The notes under the pieces: model-generated | Database searches by the model: none | Seen by the model: only the letters and a program-made list of their open reading frames with translations | What the model was told of the DNA's origin: nothing | Part shown: in pieces, positions 25,434 to 36,776 of the stretch | Position numbering within the stretch: position 1 is the stretch's first letter | How the letters are laid out: every line of letters begins with the position of its first letter | Translations under genes and position numbers: made by a program | Assembly (NCBI RefSeq): GCF_004010195.1 | Contig: NC_057719.1 | Location: 39,312,712 to 39,357,203 of the forward strand | From: Chiloscyllium plagiosum | Taxonomy: Eukaryota | Reading direction: 5' to 3' | DNA length: 44,492 bases

Positions 25434-28259
25434 TAGAGTCATAGAATCATAGAGATGTACAGCATGGAAACCCATCCATGCCGACCAGATATCCCAACCC
25501 AATCTAGTCCCCCCTCTCACCCTAAATCTATGCCCTCTAGTTCTGGACTCCCCGACCCCAACGAAAAGACTTTGTCTATTTATCCAATCCATGCCCCTCA
25601 TAATTTTGTAAACCTCTATAAGGTCACCCCTCAGCCTCCGATGCTCCAGGGAAAACAGCCCCAGCATGTTCAGCCTCTCCCTGTAGCTCAAATCCTTCAA
25701 CCCTGGCAACATCCTTGTAAATCTTTTTTGAACCCTTTCAAGTTTCACAACATCTTTCCAATAAGAAGGAGACCAGAACTGCACGCAATATTCCAACAGT
25801 GGCCTAATGTCCTGGACAGCCGCAACATGACCTCCCAACTCCTGTACTCAATACTCTGACCAATAAAGCATACCAAACGCCTTCTTCATTATCCTGTCTA
25901 CCTGTGACTCCACTTTCAAGGAGCTATGAACCTGCACTCCAAGGTTTCTTTGTTCAACAACACTATCTAGGACCTTACCATTAAGTGTATAGGTCCTGCT
26001 AAGTTTGTTTTCCCAAAATGCAGCACCTCGCATTTATCTGAATTAAACTCCATCTGCCACTTCTCAGCCAATTGGCCCATCTGGTCCAGATCCTGTTGTA
26101 ATCTGAGGTAACCCTCTTCGCTGTCCACTACAATTCCAATTTTGGTGTCATCTACAAACTTACTAACTGTACCTCTTATGCTCGCATCCAAATCATTTAT
26201 GTAAATGACAAAAAATAGAAGACCCAGCACGGATTCTTGTGGCATTCCACTGGTCACAGGCCTCCAGTCTGAAAAACAGTCCTCTACCAGCACCTTCTGT
26301 CTTCTACCTTTCAGCCAGTTCTGTATCCAAATGGCTAGTTCTCCCTGTATTCCATGAGATCTAACATTGCTAATCAGTCTCCCATGGGGAACCTTGTCGA
26401 ACGCCTTACTGAAGTCCATATAGATCACATCTACTGCTCTGCCCTCATCAATCTTCTTTGTTACTTCTTCAAAAAACTCAATTAAGTTTGTGAGACATGA
26501 TTTCCCACGCACAAAGCCATGTTGCCTATCCCGAATCAGTCCTTGCCTTTCCAAATACATGTACATTCTGTCCCTCAGGATTCCCTCCAACAACTTGCCC
26601 ACCACCCGACGTCAGGCTCACCGGTCTATAGTTCCCTGGCTTGTCTTTACTACCCTTCCTAAACAGTGGCACCACGCTTGCCAACCTCCAGTCTTCCGGC
26701 ACCTCACCTATGACTATCGATGATACAAATATCTCAGCAAGAGGCCCAGGAATTACTTCTCTGGCTTGCCACAGAATTCCAGTTACACCTGATCAGGTCC
26801 TGGGGATTTATCCACCTTTAACCGTTTCAAGACATCCTGCACTTCCTCCTCTGTAATCTGGACATTTTGCAAGATGTCACCATCTATTTCCCTACAGTCT
26901 ATATCTTCCATATCCTTTTCCACAGTAAATACTGATGCAAAATATTCATTTAGTATCTCCCCCATTTTCTGTGGCTCCACACCAAGGCCACCTTGCTGTT
27001 CTTTGAGGGGTCCTATTCTCTCCCTAATTACCCTTTTGTCCTTAATATATTTGTAAAAACTCTTTGGATTCTCCTTAATTCTATTTACCAAAGCTATCTC
27101 ATGTCCCCTTTTTGCCCTCCTGATTTCCCTCTTAAGTATACTCCTACTTCCTNNNNNNNNNNNNNNNNNNNNNNNNNNNNNNNNNNNNNNNNNNNNNNNN
27201 NNNNNNNNNNNNNNNNNNNNNNNNNNNNNNNNNNNNNNNNNNNNNNNNNNNNNNNNNNNNNNNNNNNNNNNNNNNNNNNNNNNNNNNNNNNNNNNNNNNN
27301 NNNNNNNNNNNNNNNNNNNNNNNNNNNNNNNNNNNNNNNNNNNNNNNNNNNNNNNNNNNNNNNNNNNNNNNNNNNNNNNNNNNNNNNNNNNNNNNNNNNN
27401 NNNNNNNNNNNNNNNNNNNNNNNNNNNNNNNNNNNNNNNNNNNNNNNNNNNNNNNNNNNNNNNNNNNNNNNNNNNNNNNNNNNNNNNNNNNNNNNNNNNN
27501 NNNNNNNNNNNNNNNNNNNNNNNNNNNNNNNNNNNNNNNNNNNNNNNNNNNNNNNNNNNNNNNNNNNNNNNNNNNNNNNNNNNNNNNNNNNNNNNNNNNN
27601 NNNNNNNNNNNNNNNNNNNNNNNNNNNNNNNNNNNNNNNNNNNNNNNNNNNNNNNNNNNNNCCCTTTCTTATTTCTCAGTTCCATCCAAATAACTTCCCT
27701 GGATGTATTTCTGGGTATATCCTCCCTCAGCACAGCTGTAATGCTATCCCTTATCAAAAATGCCACTCCCCTCCCTCTCTTGCCTCCCTTTCTATTCTTC
27801 CTGTAGCATTTGTATCCTGGAACATTAAGCTGCCAGTCCTGCCCATCCCTGAGCCATGTTTCTGTAATTGCTATGATATCCCAGTCCCATGTTCCTAACC
27901 ATGCCCTGAGTTCATCTGCCTTCTTCCCTGTTAGGCCCCTTGCATTGAAATAAATGCAGTTTAATTTATTAGTCCTACCTTGTTCCTCCCTGCCCTGACT
28001 CACTTCTGTTCTCAGCTGTACCCATCCTAGTTTAAATCCTCCCAAGCAGTTCTAGCAAATTTCCCTGCCAGTATATTAGTCCCCTTTCAACTTAGATGCA
28101 ATCCGTCCTTCTTGTAGAGGTCACTTCTACCTCAAAAGAGATTCCAATGATCCAAAAACGTGAACCCTTCTCCCATACACCAACTCCTCAGCCATGCATT
28201 CATCTGCTCTATCCTCCTATTCCTTCCCTCACTAGCTCGTAGCACTGGGAGTAATCCAG
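25434..28259 (-). mobile_element. Relatively young HER1/CR1-type LINE (ORF1 end, ORF2, 3' UTR) spanning an N-gap
   Basis: APE CIYFNARGL...AITETWL; RT 212-aa ORF with QHGFVRGKSCLTNL, YMDFSKAFD, SKFVDDTK; C-terminus RPLLEYCVQFWSP. Frameshifted. Confidence 0.95.
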
Positions 28260-29814
28260 TACAAATGTCTTACATTGACCACGATTAAATAAAATACAAT
28301 AATAATACCTTACTTGGTTGATCATTACATACAACAAAATGATAATTAATTGTTGAAAAATAAACTCAAACTTGCAGCATGTCAATTACCACGGGTCAAC
28401 AGTTGATGGTTTGCTGGACTTATAGGAGGCCAACTGAATAAGAAAGGTCGAGGTCTTTATGGTTGGTCTCATCTGTTGAGGTCCCATCGTTTATATGACA
28501 TTGTTAACTTGTTTATGGCCAACAGATTGAGATTCTGCATAATATCTGCAGATCCTTGGAAGGAAACAGAGTCAAAGAAATTGAGAACTGTGGTGAATTT
28601 GACAACCATAGGCAATGCATAGCAACCTGCTTAAGTTGGTAGACGTTCTTCCTTCAGGAGTACTAATGTTAGCAACCACCTGGTGGGAAATACTGCTCAT
28701 CCTAAGGCAGTCAGTCCTATCCATGAAGCTTAATCCCTACCTGTAATCCCGATATTAGGGATATCAACTCCTGCAAGCTGGAGCCTTTTGTTCATCCTCT
28801 CTCTCTCTCATAGGTGAACAGTAGGTGATTGAAGAGAAACTGCCGCTCCTGTTGTTACTCTTCATTTGAAGACTAACGGCTCCCATGCTGATCTGAAAGC
28901 CAACAACTGCAAAATGTAGATGAAAGGCAAAAGAACTCCAACCACCGAAAGAACTCCAAATTAAGTCAAAGAGCAGTGAAAGCATATTCTCAAAGCATGA
29001 TCTACTGCAAAAAATTTCACTGAGGCAACAAAGCAAATGTGAGATCTCAGTGTTTAAAGGATTTCTTGGCTGCCACCTGATCAGCTACTTCAAATCACAT
29101 TGTCTTTCTCATTACTTTAGCAAGGATCTCAGAAAACTCCACGCTCACACAATTAAAATCAATTCAAAGTTAAAGAAGCAAATAAATTATCAATTGAGAT
29201 AGCTAGCATACTTCTTTCCCAAAGGTTTTGCAAATGTTGTATATTTCATTCAGGTTAAAGGCAAAGATTGGCTGAGTCCTACCACTTTCCCAGCACCCCA
29301 AAAATTTCAGTGTTTTTAACCTGTCATCAGCTTCCAAACCCACCTACTCTATCAGCTTAATAGTTCCCCATATCTCTGTGCTCTTGATTACCAAGACAAT
29401 TTAATCAACAGACAGTTATGATTAATTAATTTAAAACTACTGCATAATAAGAGCCCCAAACTTTAACTTTTGCTCTCGGTCTGATTGTTTCAGGTGTTAT
29501 TTACTGCTCAATGCTTTGTTATTGCTATTTGCATAGTGTAAACTGAAATTACTTTCATACACAGCAATTCAAATATAATATATTAAAATAGTTGCTAAAT
29601 GAGAAATTGGGGTAATTTTCAGCAAAAATGCTGGAGTTTATTTTCCATAAGATATTGTCCTGGCAGCACTGAGATGGAAATTCCACCTTATATTTCAAAG
29701 AAGAGGATTTTGCTTGGGTAAATTCCAAAGAAAAAGACACTAATGGAAAATTTATCATCTTGTTCTTAGCAGAGTTTGTCTCCTGTTTTCTGTTCCTGTC
29801 AATCTCCTAATGAC

Positions 29815-30110
29815 TATCACCATGTTACTAACAACTTCTGAAAGCTCCCTGTGGAGAGCAACCTGGCACTTCAAAATTATTTTCTTCGATTCGCTTCAAC
29901 TTTGAAGCTGGAAAATAAAATTGTGATTTGACTTTTTTTTCCTTTTAGATTAGATTACAGTGTGGAAACAGGCTCTTCGTATCACCATGTTACTAACAAC
30001 TTCTGAAAGCTCCCTGTGGAGAGCAACCTGGCACTTCAAAATTATTTTCTTCGATTCGCTTCAACTTTGAAGTTGGAAAATAAAATTGTGATTTGACTTT
30101 TTTTTCCTTT
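29815..30110. repeat. 131-bp direct duplication flanking a 34-bp retroposon tail
   Basis: 29815-29945 and 29980-30110 differ at one base seen (gaagct/gaagtt). The spacer is the minus-strand HE1/HER1-type 3' tail. Confidence 0.92.
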
Positions 30111-30124
30111 CTCAAAACACAAAG

Positions 30125-30960
30125 TAATTAGTAAGTTTGTAAATGACACCAGTGAAGAAGGTTATCTAAGATCACAAAGATATCTTGATCAGTTGTGTAA
30201 ATAGGCTAAAGAGTGGCAGATGGAGTTTAATTTGGATAAATGCCCAGGTATTTCATTTTGGTAAAAGAAACAAAGGCAAGACTTATGTAATTAAAAATAG
30301 GGCTTTGGGTACTGTGAGGGTACTGAGAGATAGTGAGGACTGCAGATGCTGGAGATCACAGTTGAAACATGCGTCACACGAAATGCACAGCAGGTCAGCC
30401 AGCATCCGAGGAGCAAGAGAGTTGACATTTCGGGCATAAGCCCTTAATCAGGAAGGGCTTCTGCCCGAAACATCGACTCTCCTGCTCCTTAGATGCTGCC
30501 TGACCTGCTGTGCTTTTCCAGCACCACATTTTTTGACTTTGGATATTGTTGTAGAACAAAGAGACCTAGAGCTTCACACATCTAATTTTTTTGAAGTTTG
30601 CATCACATATAGGTTGGTGAAAAGGCATTTAGCATGCTTGCCTTCAATGTTCAGATCTTTAGTATAGACGTTGGGGGATTTCAAGACTAGGGCACTTATC
30701 TTTAGGGTGAGAAGAGAAAGATTTTAAGGACTTGAGGGGCAATTTTTGTTTTTTTTACACAGTCGTTCATGTGTAGAATGAACTTCTGGTGTAAGTGGTA
30801 GCTGCAGCTATAGTTACCACATTTAAAAGACATTTAGATAAGGACATGAATAAGAAATATTTGAAGGGATATAGGCCAAGTGAAGGCAGGTGGGACTAAT
30901 TTAGTATGGGATTATGGTTGGTATGTACAGGTTGGACCCAAAGGTCTGTTCAGAGCTGTG
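30125..30960 (+). mobile_element. Decayed, internally deleted CR1/HER1-type 3' fragment
   Basis: SKFVNDT, WQMEFNLDKC and a 3' UTR like the other copies. Confidence 0.8.
30316..30536. mobile_element. Fold-back Penelope-derived short element, family A, copy P3
   Basis: Arms centred at ~30449 (gcccttaatcaggaagggc). TSD-like ctttgggtactgt (30303-30315) / ctttggatattgt (30537-30549). Confidence 0.8.
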
Positions 30961-31199
30961 TGTACCTAGGTATGGGAACAACCATGCTCTAGGTCAGCTT
31001 GTAAGTACCCACTTCTGCAAATATAAGAATAAACAGGAAATGGTAAAGGATTTACTGTAATATACTTTGGCTTTTCTCAGAAATATCAGATGTAACTGAT
31101 TATGTACTGTAACCGCAAATGGTTCATTTGGTAAAGCTAAATCATATTGATAGTTCCATACTGGACTCCCTGTTTGTGCTGAGTAAACTATTTAGAACA

Positions 31200-32020
31200 T
31201 AGCAGCAGGAGTAGTTCATTTGAGTTTGCCATTTAATGAGTTTGTGGTTCAGCTGATGGTGGTTATGACTCCACATTCCTGCCTGCTCCCTTAACCCTTC
31301 ATTCCATTGTCTGTCAAAATCTAACTCTACCATGAATAAATTCAATGATGTTGCCTCCACTGTGTTGTTGTCAGAAAGATGTTTCTCAACTCCATCTTAA
31401 AACGGAGACCTTTTATTCTTGAGCTGTGTTACCTATCTCCAGTCTCTTTTAAAAGTCAAATATACTTTCAGAATCCTGTCAATTCCTTTCACAATATGAT
31501 GTGTTTCAACAAGATCACTTTGCATCCTTCTAACTCCAAAGAATAAAAGGCTCAACATGTTCAAACTTCCTTCTTAAGATAACCCCTTTACCCCAAAAAT
31601 GAGCCAAGCGAACTTCCTCTTAATGCTCCTAAAGCAATTATATCCTTCTTCACATAAGGAGATCAAAACTATACAGTGTCAAGATGTGTTCTTACCAATG
31701 CCCTGTACAATTATAGGAAAACTTACTGACTTTTAGAATCCAGTCCTCTTGCAATAAGCAACAACATTCTATTTCCCTTCCAAATCACTTGTTGCAACTG
31801 CAAACTATCTTTTTTGTGATTCATATATCAGCACATCCACATCCTTCTGTACCTCCATGCTCTGCAGTCTCTCTTTTATTTAAATAGTGTACTGTTTCCT
31901 AATGTTCCTGCCATAGTGGATATAGTTCTACTTTTCCATGTGCCAATTTATTCCCCCATTCACATAACCTTCTGTAACCTTTTTAAGACTCTCTATCTTC
32001 TCTTGACAACCTACTTCGCT
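31200..32020 (-). mobile_element. Old CR1-clade 3' fragment
   Basis: Colinear with 15630-16520 (ggagatcaaaactatacag; cttaccaatgccctgtacaa). Confidence 0.7.
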
Positions 32021-32029
32021 CCCTTAAAA

Positions 32030-32155
32030 AAATCAAAGAACTGCAGATGCTGAAAATCAGAAACAAAAACAGAAATTGCTGAAAAAACTCAGCAGATCTG
32101 ACAGCATCTGTGGAGAAAAAGTAGAGTTTATGCTTTGGGCCCAGTTCTGAAGAAT
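32030..32155 (-). mobile_element. Probable decayed PLE terminus of a further family
   Basis: aactgcagatgctgaaaatc...ctcagcagatctgacagcatctgtggag parallels the family A terminus (actgcagatgctgga...cagcaggtcaggcagcatc) and is followed by ttCTGAAGAa. A similar relic lies at ~35505-35615. Confidence 0.5.
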
Positions 32156-32517
32156 AAAGGAACTCAATATTGTTTAAATGGAGAAGGATGGCGGAAAGTT
32201 GCAGCACAGAGAGATTTAGGAGTCCTCCTCCATGAATCATAAATAGCTAGCGTCCAAAAGCATCAAATAACGTGAGCATAACCAATCTTGATATTATTGT
32301 AGCATTTAGTCAAGGGCACCAAAATTTCCTAACAAAGTGAACTCAATGAGAATTGGGAGAAACTCTCTCTTGGTTAGAACTACACTTAACACAAGTACCC
32401 CTCCAAGACACCATCCTGACATGGAAAATATTGATGTGGAGGTGCCGATGCTGGAGTGGGGTGAGCAAAGTTAAAAATCACACAACACTAGGTTCTAGAC
32501 CAACAGGTTTATTTGGA

Positions 32518-32555
32518 AGTACTAGCTTTCGGAGCACTGCTCCTTCATCGGGTAG
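32518..32555 (-). ncRNA. Minimal hammerhead-like motif, family B
   Basis: Reverse complement tac-CCGATGA-a-ggagc-agt-gctcc-GAA-AGCT-A-gta: stem I tac/gta, palindromic AGCU, CUA triplet. Confidence 0.65.
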
Positions 32556-32966
32556 CTAGTGGGGCAGAATCATAAGACACAGAATGTATACCACAAGATC
32601 ATTAATTCAAACAACTGATATGATATATTGAACAAACCTAGATTGTTGTTAGGTCTTTCATCTTTCAGAAAGGGTTGCAGGTTTTGATTCATTAATATGT
32701 AAATCCCAAAAAGTCTTTCAAGTCACAGTCCCAATAAACCTAAGGTTTTATTTTTTAAAAAGTGACATCTCAGCTTAGACAATGCATTAAAGGTGTGAGG
32801 TTAGAGTCTGTCTGTATTCCAATCTTGAGTCAGATTGGTTCTATTTCCAAAGTAGGAATTTATAAAATGTCACATGGATTGACTGCCTGCAGACTGTGTG
32901 CTTTTGAGCAAAATAGAATGTATCTGCAAATACAATTCTGCAAATGCAAATTCACTCCATAGACTT

Positions 32967-32967
<1 letters not shown>

Positions 32968-32999
<32 letters not shown>

Positions 33000-33000
33000 G
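32968..33000 (+). repeat. (TG)n(AG)n compound microsatellite inside the PLE 3' region
   Basis: Directly visible. Confidence 0.9.
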
Positions 33001-33755
33001 AGGAGAGTGTGATGAAGTATAAGCCTGTGAGAGGGTGTGCATGTGGGTGACAGTGTGGGGGGTGTATGTCTGAGACATTGTGTTTATGACAGAGGGTCTG
33101 CATGAGTGTATGTGTGCTTGTGTGTGAGTCTATGTGACAGTGTATAGTGTACTGGGGTCACCTGTAGTGTGACATGAACCCCAGATCCCAGTTGAGGCCA
33201 TCCTCATGGGTTGGAATACAGACAGAGTCTAACCTCACACCTTTAATGCATTGACTAAGCTGAGATGTCACCTTATTTTTAATAAAACCTTAAGTTGTCT
33301 TGAGAATGTGACTTGAAACAAATTCTGGGATTTACATATTAATGAATCGAAACCTGCAACCCATTCTAAAAGGTGAATACTTTAACTCAGTTAAACCAGA
33401 TCTCATCCCATGAGATACTGCTTTCCATGCAGGCTCAGGTGTACTGCCTACTGATTTGGTTCGCCACACACCATTTTGTGGTCCATTACTAATTACTTGT
33501 AAAGCATGATTTATGATTGGACCTCCTAAACAAAAAAATCACAGGAGGGTGGGAAGGAACCCCAGGGCTGAACCAGGTCGGCTTAAGAAATATCTATTTT
33601 ACCAATGTATGCCTTCAAAATTCCTGAAATTAAATTATATTCCAGTGAGCATGCACTGATTTGAAAATATTTTTACTTGAATGGGATGGGACAGAAACTA
33701 GACAAAACAGTCAAAACATATGAGACACCATATATACTCCACTCATGAACTGTAA

Positions 33756-34095
33756 CTGCCGCACGATAGCTCAGTGGTTAGCACTGCTGCATCACAGTGC
33801 AAGAGACCCAGTGTTGATTCCACTCTCTGGTGACTGTGTGGATTTGGCACATTATCCCCATGTTGGCGTGGGTGTCACCCTGGATGCTCTGGTATCTGCC
33901 CACAGTCCAAGGATGTGCAGGTTAGGTGAATTGCCATGCTAAATTGCCCATCGTTTCCAGGATTAGCCATGGGAAATGTAGGGTAACATGGATAGGTAGT
34001 GGGTGGGTTTGGGTAAAATACTCTTTGGAGGGTCAGTGTGGACTCAATTGGCCGAATGGCCTGCTTCCATGCTGTAGGAATTCCATGATTCTATG
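33756..34095 (+). mobile_element. HE1-type SINE
   Basis: A box tagctcagtggttagc, body gatgtgcaggttaggtgaattg, tail ccatgattctatg. Confidence 0.9.
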
Positions 34096-34131
34096 GAAGG
34101 TTTAACAGCAATCTATGTTTGTTCGATATAT

Positions 34132-35132
34132 ATGGACTTTAGTAAGGCGTTCGGCAAGGTTCCCCATGGCAGACTGGTTGGCAAGGTTAGGTCTCATGAA
34201 TACAGGCAGAACTAGCTATTTGGATACAAAATTGGCTCAAAGATAGAAGACAGAGGGTGGTGGTGGAGGGTTGTTTTTCAGACTGGAGGCCTGTGACCAG
34301 GATGGAGTTTAATTTAGGTAAATGCGAGGTGCTGCATTTTGGGAAAGCAAAGCTTAGCAGGACTTATACACTTAATGGTGAGGTCCTAGGGAGTGTTGCT
34401 GAACAAAGGAACCTTGGAGTGCAGATTCATAGCTCCTTGAAAGTAGAATCGCAGGTAGATAGGATAGTGAAGAAGGCGTTTGGTATGCTTTCCTTTACTG
34501 GTCAGAGTATTGAGTACAGGAGTTGGGAGGTCATGTTGCGGCTGTACAGGACATTGGTTCGGCCACTGTTGGAATATTGCATGCAATTCTGGTCTCCTTC
34601 CTATCGGAAAGATGTGGTGAAGCTTGGAAGGGTTCAGAAAAGATTTACAAGGTTGTTGCCAGGGTTGGAGGATTTGAGCTATAGGATTTGAGCTATTCTG
34701 AGCTATAGTTGAATAGGCTGGGGCTGTTTTTCCTGGAGCATCAGAGGCAGAGGGGTGACCTTATAGAAGTTTATAAAGTCATGAGCAGCATGGATATGAT
34801 TAATAGACAAAGTATTTTTCCTGGAGTAGGGGAGTTCATAACTACAGGGAATAGGTTATGGGTGAGAGGGGAAAGATATAAGAGACCTAAGAGGCAACGT
34901 TTTCACACAGAGGATGGTACGTGTATGGAATGAGCTGCTAGAGGAATTGATGGAGGCTAGTACAATTGCAACATTTAAAAGTGATCTGGATGGATATACG
35001 AATAGGAAAGGTTTGGAGGGATATGGGCCAGGTGCTGGCAGGTAGGACTAGATTGGGTTGGGATATCTGGTTGGCATGGATGAGTTGGACCGAAGAGTCT
35101 GTTTCCGTGCTGTACATCTCTCTGACTCTATG
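34132..35132 (+). mobile_element. HER1/CR1-type 3' fragment with internal deletion at ~34300
   Basis: YMDFSKAF, RPLLEYCMQFWSP; closely matches the reverse complement of 25434-26420. Confidence 0.92.
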
Positions 35133-35200
35133 TAATATCAGTCGTATGTCACAATGAACTTGTGCTATAAATTCTGTATCTTATGATCCTGCTCCATTAG

Positions 35201-35238
35201 CTACCTGATGATGGAACAGTGCTCCGAAAGTTAATACA
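35201..35238 (+). ncRNA. Minimal hammerhead-like motif, family B right arm
   Basis: tac-CTGATGA-t-ggaac-agt-gctcc-GAA-AGTT-A-atac. Confidence 0.6.
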
Positions 35239-35699
35239 TCCAAAGAAACCTGATGGATTATAATCTGGGGCTGTGTGATTTTTAACCATGGAAAATATTA
35301 CCATTCCTTTGCTATCTGTTGGTCAAAATCCTAGAGGTCTCTCCCTAAAAGTACCTATGGGTGTACTTAGATCATACAAACAGCTGCAGTTCAAGAAAGC
35401 CACTCACCACAACCTAAAAGGACCATTAAGAATACACTGGCTAGTTAGCAATGGAAGCATACTTCCTAATAATTCACAGAAAGCTCATTGTCATCTTTTC
35501 CATTAAAGCAAAGTAGTGCAGATGCTACTAACCTGAAATAAAATTTAAAAAATGCTGGAAAAGGTGGACAAACGATAATTAGCGTTTCACTTGGATGAAC
35601 ATCTCTCAGAGAATTGACCCTAAGAAGGTGGATAGAAACCTCCCCCCCAACAGATCTGCCCACTGGTGCATTTGGGAACGGTCAAAAAAAGTTCCAATA

Positions 35700-36240
35700 T
35701 TACATTCCCACGTAAATACTTTGTTTTGTATTGGAATTTTGTGTGTTTAGCCCCTCTTTAAAAATGAATCCGCTCTTCCGCTTTTTAAACTAAATTAATC
35801 TTGCGCCTTTGTAGCTTTCCCCACCAACGCAGAGCCTGGGTCTCCGTAGCTGCTTTAAGTTCACGCGATCTGCCTTTCATTTGGTAGTGTCCGGTAGTCT
35901 GCGGTCGTCAGCTGGCATTGAATGCAGTAAATTCTCCTCGGAATGTGTGCTCTGTGTAGCAGTGGGAAAGGGGAGGGAACATGCTAGGACGAGGCGAGCT
36001 GTTAGCCTGGAGGAGGGAAATTCCTCAGGGGATCCAGGAATGCACTGACAGAGAGCAGGGTTTGGTGTCTGTGGGTTTTCAGAGAAAAAAAAACTAGGTT
36101 GATAAGTCAATCGCAGGAAAGGAAGAGCAATTGCGTATTTCACGCAGGAAGGCGGATGTTGATGTTGCAGTTTGTCATGAGATGGGGAGGAGGCCGGCTC
36201 AGAGCATAGCGGGTTAAATCAGAAAGTTCCGGAGCCTCTA
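35700..36240. promoter_or_regulatory. CpG-enriched non-repeat region, candidate promoter/enhancer
   Basis: About 20 CpGs in ~530 bp against CpG-depleted flanks; perfect kB site GGGAAATTCC at 36015-36024; ETS-like cttccg/caggaa motifs. Confidence 0.45.
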
Positions 36241-36590
36241 ACAGATGGGAAAGAATTAAGTGAGCAAACGAAAATGATAATTAGACAGAAATTCGACTGA
36301 AAATGCCTTACAATTTAGAAGACTCATATTAGTAAGTTTATTTTCACATGATTCTTACAATCCACAATAATTTTGTCAAGCGTCAGATGGCAGAGGGACC
36401 TCTTTCAAGATGTATTCCCACTATATCTAGACCTCAAAGTGACAAAATTCTCCGATGATGCCAGACCCTGGAGAATTCTCCAAGACCAAAATAACCATTC
36501 TGTGATTTCCCCGTTTTAAACCAGTCTGCTGAGATGCTAAGCTGCCATTCCACAATATAAAGATTTGTCACTTGACTACAATGTGGGAGG

Positions 36591-36776
36591 GTGTGGTGCT
36601 GGAAAAGCACAGTAGGTCAGGAAGCATCCGAGGAGGGGAAGAGTCCACGTTTCTTGATGAAAGGCTTTTGCCCGAAACGTCGACTCTCCTGCTCCCCAGA
36701 TTTTACCTGACCTGCTGTGTTTTTCCAGCACCACACTTCGACTCTAACCTCCAGCATCTGCAGTCCTCACTTTCGC
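36591..36776. mobile_element. Fold-back Penelope-derived short element, family A, copy P4
   Basis: Perfect 15-bp TSD ctacaatgtgggagg (36576-36590 / 36777-36791). Centre cgtttc-TTGATGA-a-aggc-tttt-gccc-GAAACGTC-ga. Confidence 0.9.

Larger units (their letters stand above)
32433..35286. mobile_element. Fold-back PLE, family B; right arm split by later insertions
   Basis: Perfect 13-bp TSD catggaaaatatt (32420-32432 / 35287-35299). Left arm ~32468-32823 matches right-arm pieces 33211-33386, 34100-34131 and 35134-35286. Minus strand 33155-33210 encodes HEDGLNWDLGFMSHYR*, a PLE GIY-YIG C-terminus. Confidence 0.88.

Noticed and set aside
26783..28045. Long ORFs of 301-420 aa here and 228-435 aa at 39372-40679
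   Set aside because: Lengths are artefacts of translating through N-gaps; the real parts are CR1 ORF2.
28370..29040. Possible coding exon in unique moderately GC-rich DNA (including ORF 28764..29036)
   Set aside because: Frequent stops, no recognisable motif and no convincing splice pair.
34290..34310. ~195-bp deletion in the HER1-type copy as a spliced-out intron
   Set aside because: The junction does not fit GT-AG removal; a microhomology-type deletion is more likely.
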